Of a DNA stretch of 64,000 bases, positions 49,574-60,961 are shown piece by piece (the stretch's first letter is position 1; the number at the start of each line of letters is the position of its first letter). Source of the DNA: a virus. The stretch is taken from the IMG/VR virus record IMGVR_UViG_3300036770_002165, positions 1 to 64,000 of that record; one strand, written 5' to 3'. Position numbers and translations under genes: made by a program. A model generated the notes under the pieces. That model was not told where the DNA came from, ran no database searches, and saw only the letters and a list, made by a program, of their open reading frames with translations.

Positions 49574-49668
49574 TAGTCTGCTCCTTGATAGGCGGATAAA
49601 GCAAACGCCCTACTTTGGACGTAGGGCGTTGACTCAATGTTACCATCTGGTTACGAAAAGTTCCTACA

Positions 49669-50043
49669 TCATCCACCAATTAGGGTAAAGAGCAGGGCTT
49701 TTACGTCGAACTCGACGCCTTGAGCCGGGAGTAGAGACAGGTCCGCGCGATTCGGGATGCGTACGTTGGCCTCTCGGCACGGGGCACACCGGCAACCTTT
49801 TCGGTATGCCTCAACAGTACCGCACTGAAGCTTTACTGTTCCGCGACGTTCTTGCGGGGTCAACCCACCCCACATACCCCAGGTTTCCGACTTACCTGCC
49901 TCAAGACATTGCGCCCATACCGGACAGCGGTGGCACGCCAGCTTGGCAATGGTGTAGTACTCGTTGGGTGAGGACGACTCAAGGGGGGGATACCACAGGT
50001 CGGCGTTCTTGTGCCGACAGAGCGCGTCCCGCATCCACTCCAT
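49669..50043 (-). CDS. whiB: WhiB-family transcription factor 2 with C-terminal GCRCxxC motif
   Basis: WMRDALC, CHRCPVWAQC, GMWGGLTPQER. Confidence 0.9.
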   Translation of the reverse strand: MEWMRDALCRHKNADLWYPPLESSSPNEYYTIAKLACHRCPVWAQCLEAGKSETWGMWGGLTPQERRGTVKLQCGTVEAYRKGCRCAPCREANVRIPNRADLSLLPAQGVEFDVKALLFTLIGG

Positions 50044-50465
50044 TACGAGTTGAGTGGACGTTCCTCTAGTATTACTTCATCAAACAGGCGCTCGTTTGAG
50101 AGTAGGTGCCGTGGGTGTGGTGAGGCGCTGCGACGAAACAGGCACACTGCGATAATCGCATACGTGGCGATGTCAAGGAGGCTGTCCTCGATCCCCTCGT
50201 TCTTGAGGGTAGATCCCTTAGCAGCCGATTGTAATCTGGCCACCTTGTCGCTTACCCGCATCATTGCCCCAACCCATGGCTCGATACCCCAATTAGCGGA
50301 TGCGCTTACGTTTGCAAAGAAGTCCTCGTCGGTGCCGTAGTCCGCACCCTTGCGGCGGTGCATCTCAAGAACCTCTTCAACGACTGTTTCAAACTCTGGG
50401 CTACCGTTGGTGATCGCTGGTTCTAGGGCCCGAATCATGGCTTGCCTCATTTCTTGAAAGTCCAT
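50043..50465 (-). CDS. DUF1599/nucleotide-modification-associated domain protein
   Basis: RKGADYG, RVSDKVARL, EDSLLDIATYAII. Confidence 0.65.
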   Translation of the reverse strand: MDFQEMRQAMIRALEPAITNGSPEFETVVEEVLEMHRRKGADYGTDEDFFANVSASANWGIEPWVGAMMRVSDKVARLQSAAKGSTLKNEGIEDSLLDIATYAIIAVCLFRRSASPHPRHLLSNERLFDEVILEERPLNS

Positions 50466-50782
50466 CAGTGTGTGTGGGCGTGTGTCGGGCCGTTATGGAG
50501 ATAGGCGTGTACAGCGTTACGTACCCATTCCTGAAGGAACGAGGAGTTGATCATCGGTAGGATCTCGTGTGTTAGATCTACAACTTCATTGCCGACAGTG
50601 AGTGTAACTTGTGTTAGTTCTCTGTACCGACGAAACTCAGCTGCCTGAGCAGCGATGAACTCTGAGGCATCACGGAGGATGTCCGCGATGTCCTGTACGG
50701 TGTAACTCGTCATATCCGAGATCAGGTCATCAGCCGTCTCGGCAAGAGACTTAGCGTATTGGTATGCGTCAATGGGTTCCAT
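50465..50782 (-). CDS. Hypothetical protein
   Basis: ORF with AAGGAG RBS. Confidence 0.55.
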   Translation of the reverse strand: MEPIDAYQYAKSLAETADDLISDMTSYTVQDIADILRDASEFIAAQAAEFRRYRELTQVTLTVGNEVVDLTHEILPMINSSFLQEWVRNAVHAYLHNGPTHAHTH

Positions 50783-50817
50783 GTATGCTCCTTGTTAGGC
50801 CCGTGATACTACAGGTT

Positions 50818-52266
50818 CTACTGCTGCTCGTCAATGTTTATTACGTTGGCTATGAAGTTATCTGTACGAGAGGCATCTAACCCGCCTCCCGGTAACTGCC
50901 TGGATATCTCCCCGGCCTTTTGGCCAAAGAGCCTAGAAAGTACACCGGCACTACCGCGGGCCTCGACCTCAATACGCATCATGTCGCGGGTGTCAGAGAT
51001 ATTCTTAAACTTGTCAACCAAGGCAAAGAGGCGATCCATCTCTGATGAAAGGGCTGGGTCAAGACCTTGTCCCTCAAGTTCCTCAGCAAACCGAGCAAAC
51101 AAAACTCGGCTTGCCTGCATCTCAATTAACGCCTGCAGCATGGCGGTCAGCTGGTCCTTGGTGCGTATCTCCACAGGCAACTTGTAACCACAATCAGAAT
51201 GTTCGCGGAATGCAGGACAACGAGATGCTAGATAGCAACTATCACACTGGCGTAGAGGACCCGATTGATACCTGATTACGGGGGTCTCTTGGGGGTCCAC
51301 TTCAATGTATTCACCCTGGTCATAGTCGGTTTGAGTACCAACCGAGACTATGTTCTCTATACCGATTACCGGTAGTAATACGCGTTCCCCCTCGTGCCGC
51401 CTTTCTAGGGGCGCGGTAGTAATAGGTGATGCTTTGGGAACCAGTTTAGGTGGGGTATGGGTTTCAGGGGTCATAGTAACTATTTCCCCTGTTTCGTTGT
51501 TTACGAACTCTTCTTCGTCGTCATCAACCTGGGGGTCATAGGCCCTAATTGTGGACTCTTCCCACGCCAACCACGAGCGGATGGCAAGTGTACCCATTGC
51601 ACTAACATCGTCTTCCATAACAGCGTCGTAGTCGACTCCGAGACGGATGATGTCTGGGCGGTGCTTCTTGCGAGACGACTCTTTCTGCTGGGCCGGGTAC
51701 CGCCGTAGCCCGTGCCCATCCCATACCTGGGTTTCCCCGTAGCGAATAACGGAAGTCCAGGAGCCGACGACTACCGCTGACCAAGGTAGGGATTCGATAA
51801 CGTCTGGCTTACTTGTTAAACCAATTAAGGAGGCTCCCCACCGCTGCGAGAGGGAGCGGATGCGCGGGGCGGTCTTAGCGTTGATTGCTTTGTCGGATAT
51901 GGCGGCTCGCCCGTATCGTTGGCATAACCACGCTAGACGCTCTAGGTCGTCCCCGTCAGACCACAGGGGTATGTATTTATCGCCCATCCAGTCACCGTCA
52001 TAGCCAGGACGACCTATGACGAAAGAGAGATCATCGATGTGTTCCCGAACGAAGTCCGTATACCGGTTCTCATCCTCATCACCTTCTGAGGTGTACAACA
52101 GAACCTCAGCACCATTGAACACGGTAGGGACGTGGAACTCCTTCACCTTGGGGATAGGCAAGTGGGTAAGGTTGACCGCCATGCTTTGTACGCCGTTAGC
52201 GATAAGCATGTTTCTGTGGGCACCCTTTTCAGCTCCGCCCAGGAATACCTTCATACATCCCTCCAC
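50818..52266 (-). CDS. Conserved hypothetical protein; possible degenerate TGT/DpdA-like barrel plus Cys4 domain
   Basis: GSWTSVIRYG resembles the DSxSW...RYG motif; CDSC.....C........C. Confidence 0.45.
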   Translation of the reverse strand: MEGCMKVFLGGAEKGAHRNMLIANGVQSMAVNLTHLPIPKVKEFHVPTVFNGAEVLLYTSEGDEDENRYTDFVREHIDDLSFVIGRPGYDGDWMGDKYIPLWSDGDDLERLAWLCQRYGRAAISDKAINAKTAPRIRSLSQRWGASLIGLTSKPDVIESLPWSAVVVGSWTSVIRYGETQVWDGHGLRRYPAQQKESSRKKHRPDIIRLGVDYDAVMEDDVSAMGTLAIRSWLAWEESTIRAYDPQVDDDEEEFVNNETGEIVTMTPETHTPPKLVPKASPITTAPLERRHEGERVLLPVIGIENIVSVGTQTDYDQGEYIEVDPQETPVIRYQSGPLRQCDSCYLASRCPAFREHSDCGYKLPVEIRTKDQLTAMLQALIEMQASRVLFARFAEELEGQGLDPALSSEMDRLFALVDKFKNISDTRDMMRIEVEARGSAGVLSRLFGQKAGEISRQLPGGGLDASRTDNFIANVINIDEQQ

Positions 52267-52724
52267 GAGCGCTCAGCAGCCTTCAGGGCCTGTGTGTCAA
52301 TTTCATCTACAAGTGAGCCCCACTCCCTGATCTTCCTACCCGTATCCCATTCGGGGCGAACGATATATGGTACGGCTGCTACCAATGTGGGGATGCCCAG
52401 CTTGATGGTCTCGGCGCATGTCCTGGCGTCGTTGTCTATGTACCAGTTAATCTTGCCCGCGGCTGACCCAATGCGGTGTACTTTTTCCGCTTTGAGAACT
52501 GGGTCTTCCTCGTCTAAAAAGTCAAGCATTGATGCCTTGAACTGTTCCCGTTTAAGCCAGTCCATAAATTGCGAGCGGTCATATACCTCGTCGCATACAA
52601 CAATTATACGGCCCATGTACTTATCAAACATGGCACCCCACAGGGCTCTGCCGTCTGAGTCGGGTTGCCGTAGCGACAGGTTCTCAGCTGGCCTTGCCAG
52701 GACAGCAAAGTTAAAGACGATCAC
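52251..52724 (-). CDS. HAD-fold-like protein lacking the motif-I Asp
   Basis: MIVFNF, WYIDND, LGIPTL. Confidence 0.45.
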   Translation of the reverse strand: MIVFNFAVLARPAENLSLRQPDSDGRALWGAMFDKYMGRIIVVCDEVYDRSQFMDWLKREQFKASMLDFLDEEDPVLKAEKVHRIGSAAGKINWYIDNDARTCAETIKLGIPTLVAAVPYIVRPEWDTGRKIREWGSLVDEIDTQALKAAERSWRDV

Positions 52725-53428
52725 CCGTCGTACATCCCCTTAGCCTTACGTACCTTATGAATAACGTAAGCGGATGCTGGGCAGTAATGGCATAGGTATT
52801 GGAGGTTCTCCTTAGGCACACCGATAGTGCGGCCAATCACCTTAGACCCATCCTCATAATCTGGACACATTCCAGATGGCCGGTTATGCTTGTTGAAGCA
52901 CTTAAGGGCTTCAACCTTGAGGTCATCGCGTACTTCTCGTACTTCCCACTCGTTCTTGAGGAGCTCTTTTTGGATCTGAGTTTCATTGCCCAGCTTTTCC
53001 CAGGTCTTCTCGTCTACCCGGAAGATAAGGGATAGGTGGGAGTCAGGGTTCTGATCCGATGCCTGGCCGAGGTGGCGTTTGATTAGTTCCTGGAGCTCCA
53101 TGTCGTAGTCAGGAGGGCCGTCATAGTCGTGCATCTTATACATGGTGCCGCAAGAACGGCAGGCCAGAAGCCTGGGCATATTGTGCTCCTAATTAGCGAT
53201 TAATCAGTCTTCAGCGTAGCCTGATTCGTACTCGTGGTCAAGTACCTTAGGTGTAACACCCTTCATCATATCAGTTACGTTGTATTGTGCCTGTAGTAAT
53301 CCGGACCGCACGTTGGCGTGTGACTCGTCGACTTCACCACCGCGGTCTGGAGTGAGGTTCTTCAGACGCCCATCATTTGTGCCGAGGTGGAGGTCGTTGT
53401 TCATCGAGCGGGAGTCGTTGATAGCCAT
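52721..53428 (-). CDS. Two hypothetical proteins (52721-53179 Cys-rich, 53204-53428)
   Basis: ORF track, RBS. Confidence 0.55.
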
Positions 53429-53444
53429 AGCGGGTCCTTATCTG

Positions 53445-56400
53445 TCAGAGCTTCTTGCCGAAACCGCGGTTACCTTTACCGCGGCCACGGTTGCGTGGTT
53501 GGTTGGGGCGCTGTGAAGCGCCTGCTGCTCCGGTTCGTCGCTGTGTGGTGGTCTGCTGTCCTGCTGCCATGTTTGATGCTCCCTGTTGGTGTTGTGAGAA
53601 GGTTGGGGAATCCCAAATGTCACCGGAACCCCAAATGTCATCAGATCCTACACTATAGGTGGACGCGCCGCTAGTGGATTGCGTTACTGGTGTTCCCCAA
53701 ATGTCATCCGTGGGACCACCAGTTGTAGCGCTCTGTGTCATCGGGAATGACCCGAGAAGGTTAACTTCTCTATTGGCCGTGGGCCTACGCAGTGGCGATT
53801 TAGCCCCTGGTTGCATAGGGCCTTGCTGCATACCTGTCTGCAGGGATTCTGCAGTTCCCATAGTGCGCCCAGCAAACTCCCCCAGACGAGCAGACTTTGC
53901 AGCTGCGGCTTGCTTGTCTGCACGTGCCTGCTGACGAGAACGGATGTTCTGTATACGCTCTGCTCGCTGTTGCTTTCCACGGTAATTTTGGTAAATGGGT
54001 GTGCCACCAAAACGAAAGTCAAGATCTGGGTCAGCCCCAGGCATACGGTCCATGGCAAAGTTGGCCGCTGTCTTGCCCAACTGTGCAGTCATACCGGCGG
54101 TGTTGGCGAGTGTTCGGTAATTGTACCCACCTGGGTTAGATGGGGTTCCACCACCACCGGGGCCGCTGATTGATACTGATCCTGAGCCAGTGTTATACCC
54201 CCAGTTACCTCCTGGCGCGGAGGAGGGGCTACCGAGTGTCGTGCGGTATCCGGGCTGATCAAGGTAGCTCCAGATGTCGTCCTCACGGCCACCGTAACGC
54301 ATGGCCATAATACGGGAGAAAGTATCGACGTTGCTGGCGTTACCCGCCATCGGGGTAGACGACCATCCTGGATTTTGTGCCTGCATTACCATCATGAACT
54401 CCAGAGACTGCTCATTGAATACCGACCAGAACCGGAGAACGAACCGTCCTCAAATGAAGTACGCATTACTGGCATACCGGATACCCAGGACCTATATGAG
54501 GGAGCGCCGTAGCGGCTGGTGTTGAGCACACTAATGATGGTGTGCTCTTGGCGAGCAAAACCAAGACGATCTGGGAAAAGAACCTGGGGTACGACAGGGC
54601 GTGTTTGCCTAATGGTCTCTGGATCGCTGATCGCGGATTCCAGGGCCAGGTCAGTAAGCATCTCCTGCCGTGTAGTCCAAGGCTTAGGCACTATTAGTAC
54701 CCTTGTGAGTTAGCGTTGTCCCCACGACCAGCGCCCATGCCACCACGAATAGTCCCCTTGATCTTTCGCGGCTTAGGTGCAGGTGCAGTAGTTGAATCAA
54801 ACCGCTCGGTTTGATCTCCTTCTGGCATTCCCTGTGGATTATAAGATCCTGATCCCATCACTTACCTCGCTTTTTAATAGCAGCGTTGGCTGCCCTAATT
54901 GCTTTAGCATCGTCTCCTGTAGATTTTAGCACCTTATTTGCTACAGCAGACCACTGCTTCTTCTCAGCATTGGTGTTTACTTTTTTATTCTTTTTAGGTG
55001 CGTCAGATGGTTTCCAGGGCATGTCATCTCCACGGTGGTGCTAGGCGCTTTAGCTTGCTGCGGCGCTCCATGTTGACGACTTCCTGCTGGGGCCGAGACA
55101 ACCCACGTGGAATACCGCGGGGGCCGGTCTTACCGTCGTTGGTAAGACGCACAGGCTCCGCCCCAGGTGGGGCGAACTTCTTGCCCTGAGCCTGCAACTG
55201 CAGGCCGGTCAGGGGATTGAACTCCTGTGGCCAGATGTAATCACCCTGGTTGATGCGCTCACCTTTGTGCACGCCACGTGAATACGGTCTGGTGTTGGAA
55301 CGCATTACCGCATTTGTCAACTTATCTTGACGGCGATTAGAGGACATTGTCCCCAAATACCCGTCTGGGTACTGCACATCAGGAGATGCGCCCCAAGCGG
55401 CAAGCTGCTGGTCCTTACCGTTACGGAATACTGGGGCGGGTCCAAGCAGGGGCTGGCTGGTATTGGCATATGGGTCGTAACCCCCACCCCAATCAGTAAA
55501 AGTCTGTTGGTTAGCCACGGCTATTCGCACCACCCATGCTGTTCAAGATGGAAGCCTGCCCACCTCCTGTGGGGGGAACTGGGCGCGGCTTCTTCTTGAT
55601 CTTGCGCTTCTTAGAATCAGTAGTCTTCTTTGACGCCAAATCGACCATGCTCCTTGCGTCGTTGTTTGCTTTGATGGACTACTTCTTCTTCGTATAACTC
55701 ATCAAACTGATCTTCATAGTCTGGTGAGTTAGCTAGTTTGTACCAGTCTTTTTGTGAATGTTTTGTCATATAGATAATAAATATTTAGGGCTGCTGGCGG
55801 CGCTTCTTCTCTTCTGCCTTTTGCAAGTTGTAATTATAATTAGACAAGCCTCGTTGGTATGCCCCAACCATACCCCCGCGTGACTCAAACGGTGCTACGT
55901 GTAACGCCCTGTTGCGCATTTCAAAATCAGTAGGCTGATCCTTGGGAGCCTTAAACTCCTCCATTGCACCGGTCTCTTCGCTGTACTGTAGTGGCGGCAT
56001 AGGTCCGGTTCCGGGAACTACTGGGTACGCCTTCTTGGGCGGTTGGCTTAGCGCTGCAACAGCTTGCTGGTATGTTGCAACGAACTGCTGGCCTCGCATT
56101 GCCTGACGGGCGGCAATACCCTCTGGTGACTTGTAGAGAGCGGCCTGAGCGTTGCGGGCAACATCCTGGGCTACACGCTGGTCACCACCTGCTGGTGCGG
56201 GCCCTTGCTCTGGTGCAGGAGGGGCTGCTGGGGCTGGGCGTGTGCGTGGCGTTACGCCAGGCGAAACCTCAGTACCACGACGCCACATTGGCACTTCGCC
56301 ACGCTCCCATTTAATAGTGTCGCTGGGGCCGACTGTGCCGGTGTACATACCAGCCTCTAGGGCGGCTCCGGCACGCGGGCTGCGCTGTTTCAGTTCTGCA

Positions 56401-57989
56401 ATACCACGGAGTGATGGGGTTGGCATTGACCGGCCTGGGTCGCTGCGCCGCCCCAAATTACTGCGTCGGTAATCGAAGGGGACGGGAAGTCCCTTGCCAT
56501 CCTGTCCCTGCAGCTCAATATCATATGGCTGTTCGCCGCCAATACGAGGACCACCTTCGGCAAGGGGGCGCAGTTCAGAGTAGGTCTTTAGACCAAGGGG
56601 TTGCTCTGCGACTTCGATCTCACCAATAGCAGATGTAATTTCATCAATACCCATGGTGTTGATCATTTGCTTTGTGGTCCCCCGAAAGCCAGCCTTCTGG
56701 TATTCACGAAGATTTGATTGCAATAGGTCTGTACGCATTGGCGTGCCAGTGGGGTTAGCAGGGTCAACATCAGCACTTACTGGGTTTACCAGGCGGGCGG
56801 CCTGCCCTGAGCTAGTGCGTGAGGTTTTTGCTTTCGGGATATACGTAACCCCAACTTTTCCGCTGCGCCTTTCGCGACGGCGACCAACTACCTCGCGTAG
56901 CGCCCCTTCGTCAGTCAGGGGGTCCATGATGTATGGTTCATCGGGGTCGTCTGGATTGGGTGTAATCCGAAATCCTTCACGAGTTTTCAATGGGACATTA
57001 CGTTGAACATCTCGAACCACTGATCCAACTGCAGATCGCGTTGTTTCTGGGCTGACAGGTGCTTGCCCGAACATAGCTCCGAGGCCACTTACAACCTGAG
57101 ATGCCTCCGAGGCTTCCTCCTGTGTTGGGAACGTTATACGTTGTCCAGTGAGATCTCTACCAACCTTGGGGTCCCATGCTTTTATAGCAGCAGCATCAGC
57201 GGCACTCGGGGATGGGCCTGGACGACCGCCTCCGAGGATCATCGGACTGCGGCGTTGTGTCTTTTCAAAATACTCTGGCTGTTTAACTTCCTTAACAAGA
57301 CGTGTCCTCTGAGCGCCTTCGGTGATGCCGATTGACTTCTCAAGTGATCCGATTGAGTATGGCTTTGGCTTATCAAATCCCGCAGGACGGTCGGCGCTTC
57401 CAACAACTACGTCTGCCTCTGGTGTGGTATCGCTAGCGGCGCGCTTGATCTGTGTGCGTCGAGCCGTTTTTGGATCCGGGCTCATAATACGTGGTGTCTC
57501 GGCAGCACGGCCAATCGACTCCTGCTTAAGAATGTCTCCTACTGGAGTGCCCGCTCGCCGCGAAGGCATATTACGCCCCAAAACGCGAGATGAAACATTT
57601 GCTCCTGGTAGGAACCCCTGAAGGGAAGTGTCCCGAGCAGTAGCGTAATCAGCTAGTACACGCGCTGGGTCATCACTGAACTGGGTTGATAGATAGTCAG
57701 GATCAGAAATATCGATGTCCTGCCCTACATCAAGAGCCGATCGCAGGCCAGTGCTGATATCAGGGGTTTCATCTTCTTCGAGCCCGACGCTGACCATCCC
57801 GCCTTCGGTGGGATCGTAGTCTTCGACTGATCCTCCTGATAGGGCAATGTCTGATTCAGCACGCTGTTTCCGCAGGCGACGAGCTTCATCAACGCGCGCC
57901 TCAGCCTGGAGTCGCTGCTTTGTCTTTTGGCCTGTTAGCTTAGCGCGACGATTTGCAGGAGCGCTTACTCGCTTTTTCTTTGAAGCCAT
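53445..57989 (-). CDS. Cluster of low-complexity proteins (53445-54395, 54392-54691, 54694-54858, 54858-55022 ChaB-like, 55024-55533, 55785-57989)
   Basis: G/P/Q/R-rich; 54858-55022 reads MPWKPSDAP..KKQWSAVANKVLKSTGDDAKAIRAANA. Confidence 0.55.
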
Positions 57990-58047
57990 TAATGTAACCT
58001 CACCGACTAAATGGGATATGAATAGATATTACCACTTTGTGGAGGTG

Positions 58048-58332
58048 TTAACGGATTACAGGCTTAAAGGTTATGGCAGAGATAACCTCACCATTCTCGC
58101 CCTTTATGTCATCAAATCCGATAACAAACGAGAGGTCAATCCCTCGCGGTGCGGCAAACCCGCGAGCAATAGCGCAGGCTTTGGCGGCCTGGTTAACTGC
58201 GCTGGCACCGATGGCCCGCATCTTGGGGGCCTGCCCTGCTACAACCGCTCGGGCTACGATCGAGCCCACACTCTGGGGGTTGCTCGTACCGGAAACCTTT
58301 ATTACGTCATCTACCGATAGCTCTTGAGACAT
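58048..58332 (-). CDS. spoVS: SpoVS-family (Alba-fold) nucleic-acid-binding protein
   Basis: IKVSGTSNPQSV, RAIGASAVNQAAKACAIARGF.AP.GIDL, SAITF. Confidence 0.9.
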   Translation of the reverse strand: MSQELSVDDVIKVSGTSNPQSVGSIVARAVVAGQAPKMRAIGASAVNQAAKACAIARGFAAPRGIDLSFVIGFDDIKGENGEVISAITFKPVIR

Positions 58333-58374
58333 TGTGTACTCCGTTATACTCTTATGGACCTACGTCCATAAATA

Positions 58375-58734
58375 CTAGGAGTAACCGGCCTCTTTTAACA
58401 GTTCAACCAAGTCACTAAGGCGCATAACAACGTATGAATCACCCAACGCTTTTTCCCCTTTACCAGGGCGTTTAACAACCAGGGCAGGGGCGGCATTACC
58501 CAGGTTAGCTGCCTGCTCTACCGTGGCATCTAACCACGCACTCAACGAGAACGCCTTCTGGTTCTTGCACTGTACGGCTACCTGTCGATTGGGGCCCTTG
58601 ATCCCATTGATATCCCCCGTATCGCCGCCGCCCTTTAGTACGGTCCGCTGTGCCTCGGGGAAACCGTTGTCGTTTAGGTACTGACGTACAAGGGTTTCAA
58701 ACGCTGTGCCCTTTTGCTTAGCTCGGTTGCCCAT
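58375..58734 (-). CDS. Holliday junction resolvase (PD-(D/E)XK)
   Basis: KQKGTAFE, DTGDI, VQCKN, LVVKR. Confidence 0.8.
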   Translation of the reverse strand: MGNRAKQKGTAFETLVRQYLNDNGFPEAQRTVLKGGGDTGDINGIKGPNRQVAVQCKNQKAFSLSAWLDATVEQAANLGNAAPALVVKRPGKGEKALGDSYVVMRLSDLVELLKEAGYS

Positions 58735-58883
58735 CGGCTGCTGTCCTACGGCGTTTATATGCTTCGTTAATTATTTCTGGCTGGCGTCCGCATAGTCCAC
58801 ACACGCCCATACGCAGATAGGGTATGTGGGGCCAGTCCCTGCAACATCTTGCTGTTTTGAGATCTTCGTATACTATGTAGTCG

Positions 58884-59864
58884 TTATCCACCGTTGTTCG
58901 TTTCCTGCATGTACATACGGATGCGCTCGCGCAAATTAAAGACCTCATTACGTAGATGTAGAATCTCTTCTTCTCGATCATTAACGGTGTTCATTAGCTG
59001 TCGAGCAATATCCGCGTTATGGGCTGCCTGCTCGCGGTACCTAAGGGTGTCCTCTTGCTGTGCGTCTAGCATGGCCTTCAGTATGTCTCGGATTTCTCCG
59101 AGAGTGTCGTTAGATCGCATCTGCTGGCCCAGTTCGTTACTGCGACGTAGCTGCTCGTTTGCTTCCTTGGCTGCTGCACGGCCAAGCTCATCCCATGTTG
59201 GGCTAAACGTCATGATTGACCCTTTTTCTTTTCAAGCTTCTTTAAAGTCTTCATAGCCTTTTTATACTCTTTTTTGTAGATGTAAGAGTAGTTAGCTGAT
59301 CTTTTTAGGCGGCCAAAGATGTTGTAGGCCTTAAATGGTTTGGGCGTCTTTTCTTGTTCCAATTTATGCTCCAAATCTACTTGTACGTTGTTCTTTACCA
59401 TGAAGCCCAATACGACGGCTTAGTTCCCTAGATAGAAGTTGCGCACCGCGCTCGCAGCCCTCAAACAGAGCTTCCACAAGTTTCCGATAAGCCCGAGCAT
59501 TCTGGTACTTCTCCTGCTGAAGAACTACCCGCTCGTCTACATCACGGCGGGCCTTGGCAATAGTAACACGGTCACCCTTGGCGTCCGATCCCCACTGCTC
59601 GATAAGGACCCGGGCCTCCAGGATGCGGGCCAGGTTGGATTCCTTGTCCTCATCGATCTCAGACTTTACCAGCTCAGCCTTGGCGTAAGACACCCAGGCC
59701 ATGAACTGGGAATAGAGTTCCATGAGATCTCTGTCGTCCATGTCGTCAAGGTCGAACGGGATGGTTGGAGGGTTATCACCGGGGCGGTTGGGCAGTTCAA
59801 ACTTACTATTGAACTTTGTAACAGCAGGGTGTTCGGCTTGATCTCTACTGATGATCCGTGTCAT
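58884..59864 (-). CDS. Helical hypothetical proteins (58884-59213, 59364-59864)
   Basis: Coiled-coil ORFs in the recombination operon. Confidence 0.55.
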
Positions 59865-60733
59865 TGCCAGCAGACTTTCTGGTAGGGGCAGTACTTGCAT
59901 CCTGTGCAGTCTTTTGACTCTGCCCAGTCGGGTCGTTCGGGAGCAACATTCTCAGATAGGCATTCAATAACCAGTTTGCATTTGTCAAGAATTGGTTTAA
60001 CAATCTCTTCGTTGTACCTGACCACAAACTCTTTGACTTCTTGTGTTGGCTTCCATTCATAGATGAACACAATCTCTTCGATGCCAGTGCAGTAGAGGTA
60101 CAGATTACCCTGCCGGACATGAGAAGCAAACGGCTGTTTGATGTTTTGCCATAGGCCATCGATGTTCATGGCTCCGCTTGAGTAGTCCGCAAACAATTTG
60201 GGCTTCTCAAAGCGGACAGTGCCAACGCCTACGCTCTTGACTTCGACAAGGGCTGTACCTTGTTTATCAACCACTTTTCCATCCGCGTGCCCGAGTATCC
60301 GGTGTTCAGCGTTATGCACAGGAACCTCGCGGTACCTAATACGAACACCACCGCAGCTAGGGCAGGTATCAGGAGCAGTTGCAGTCCAGGTATGATCACA
60401 CGTCTCACAGTCCCAGTCACCTGACAGCACCCCGGCTTTCCATAGTAGGGTTTGCCATTTGTGGTGAATGGCGTGACCCTCTTCGAATACGTTTAGTCGG
60501 CTGAACGTCAGCCGCTCCTCTTTCTTAACCTCACCGGTAATGGTGTAGTACGACGACCGGGGGCACCAGTGCTTCTTGGAAAGCTCGCTGGGGTGCAGAT
60601 GGTCGGTATCTCGAAAGGTGTTGCGCATCTGCTGAGACTTGATCAACTGCATTTCTGCCAGCGGAACAAGGCGGCCACGGGACTTCAATGATTTCTGGTA
60701 CTCCTTCAAGTACCACGGTGTCTCGTCAGCCAC
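59861..60733 (-). CDS. Cas4-like PD-(D/E)XK exonuclease
   Basis: WCPR, GHAIH, GHADG, VEVKS, QGNLY, CTGCKYCPY..VC. Confidence 0.85.
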   Translation of the reverse strand: MADETPWYLKEYQKSLKSRGRLVPLAEMQLIKSQQMRNTFRDTDHLHPSELSKKHWCPRSSYYTITGEVKKEERLTFSRLNVFEEGHAIHHKWQTLLWKAGVLSGDWDCETCDHTWTATAPDTCPSCGGVRIRYREVPVHNAEHRILGHADGKVVDKQGTALVEVKSVGVGTVRFEKPKLFADYSSGAMNIDGLWQNIKQPFASHVRQGNLYLYCTGIEEIVFIYEWKPTQEVKEFVVRYNEEIVKPILDKCKLVIECLSENVAPERPDWAESKDCTGCKYCPYQKVCWQ

Positions 60734-60961
60734 TATTCAGATGCTCCTGGGTTATGCCATGCGGTGTGTAGATCTGTGTGGGGTTCAAGTACTGCTGAGT
60801 GGCACAGTTCGCAAATAAAAATATTAACCTTATTTGAATGCTCTATAACATTGTGGTATTCGACACCATCTTCAACACCAAATATGGGTTCTGACTTATA
60901 AGTAATCTGCACTATTCCTGGTGTTGAATACCCTGGGATTGAATTAGTATGAATAGTCTCT

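Noticed and set aside
59861-60733. Cas4-like gene as part of a CRISPR-Cas system
   Set aside because: No cas1/cas2 or array; sits beside recA and resolvases like solo phage exonucleases
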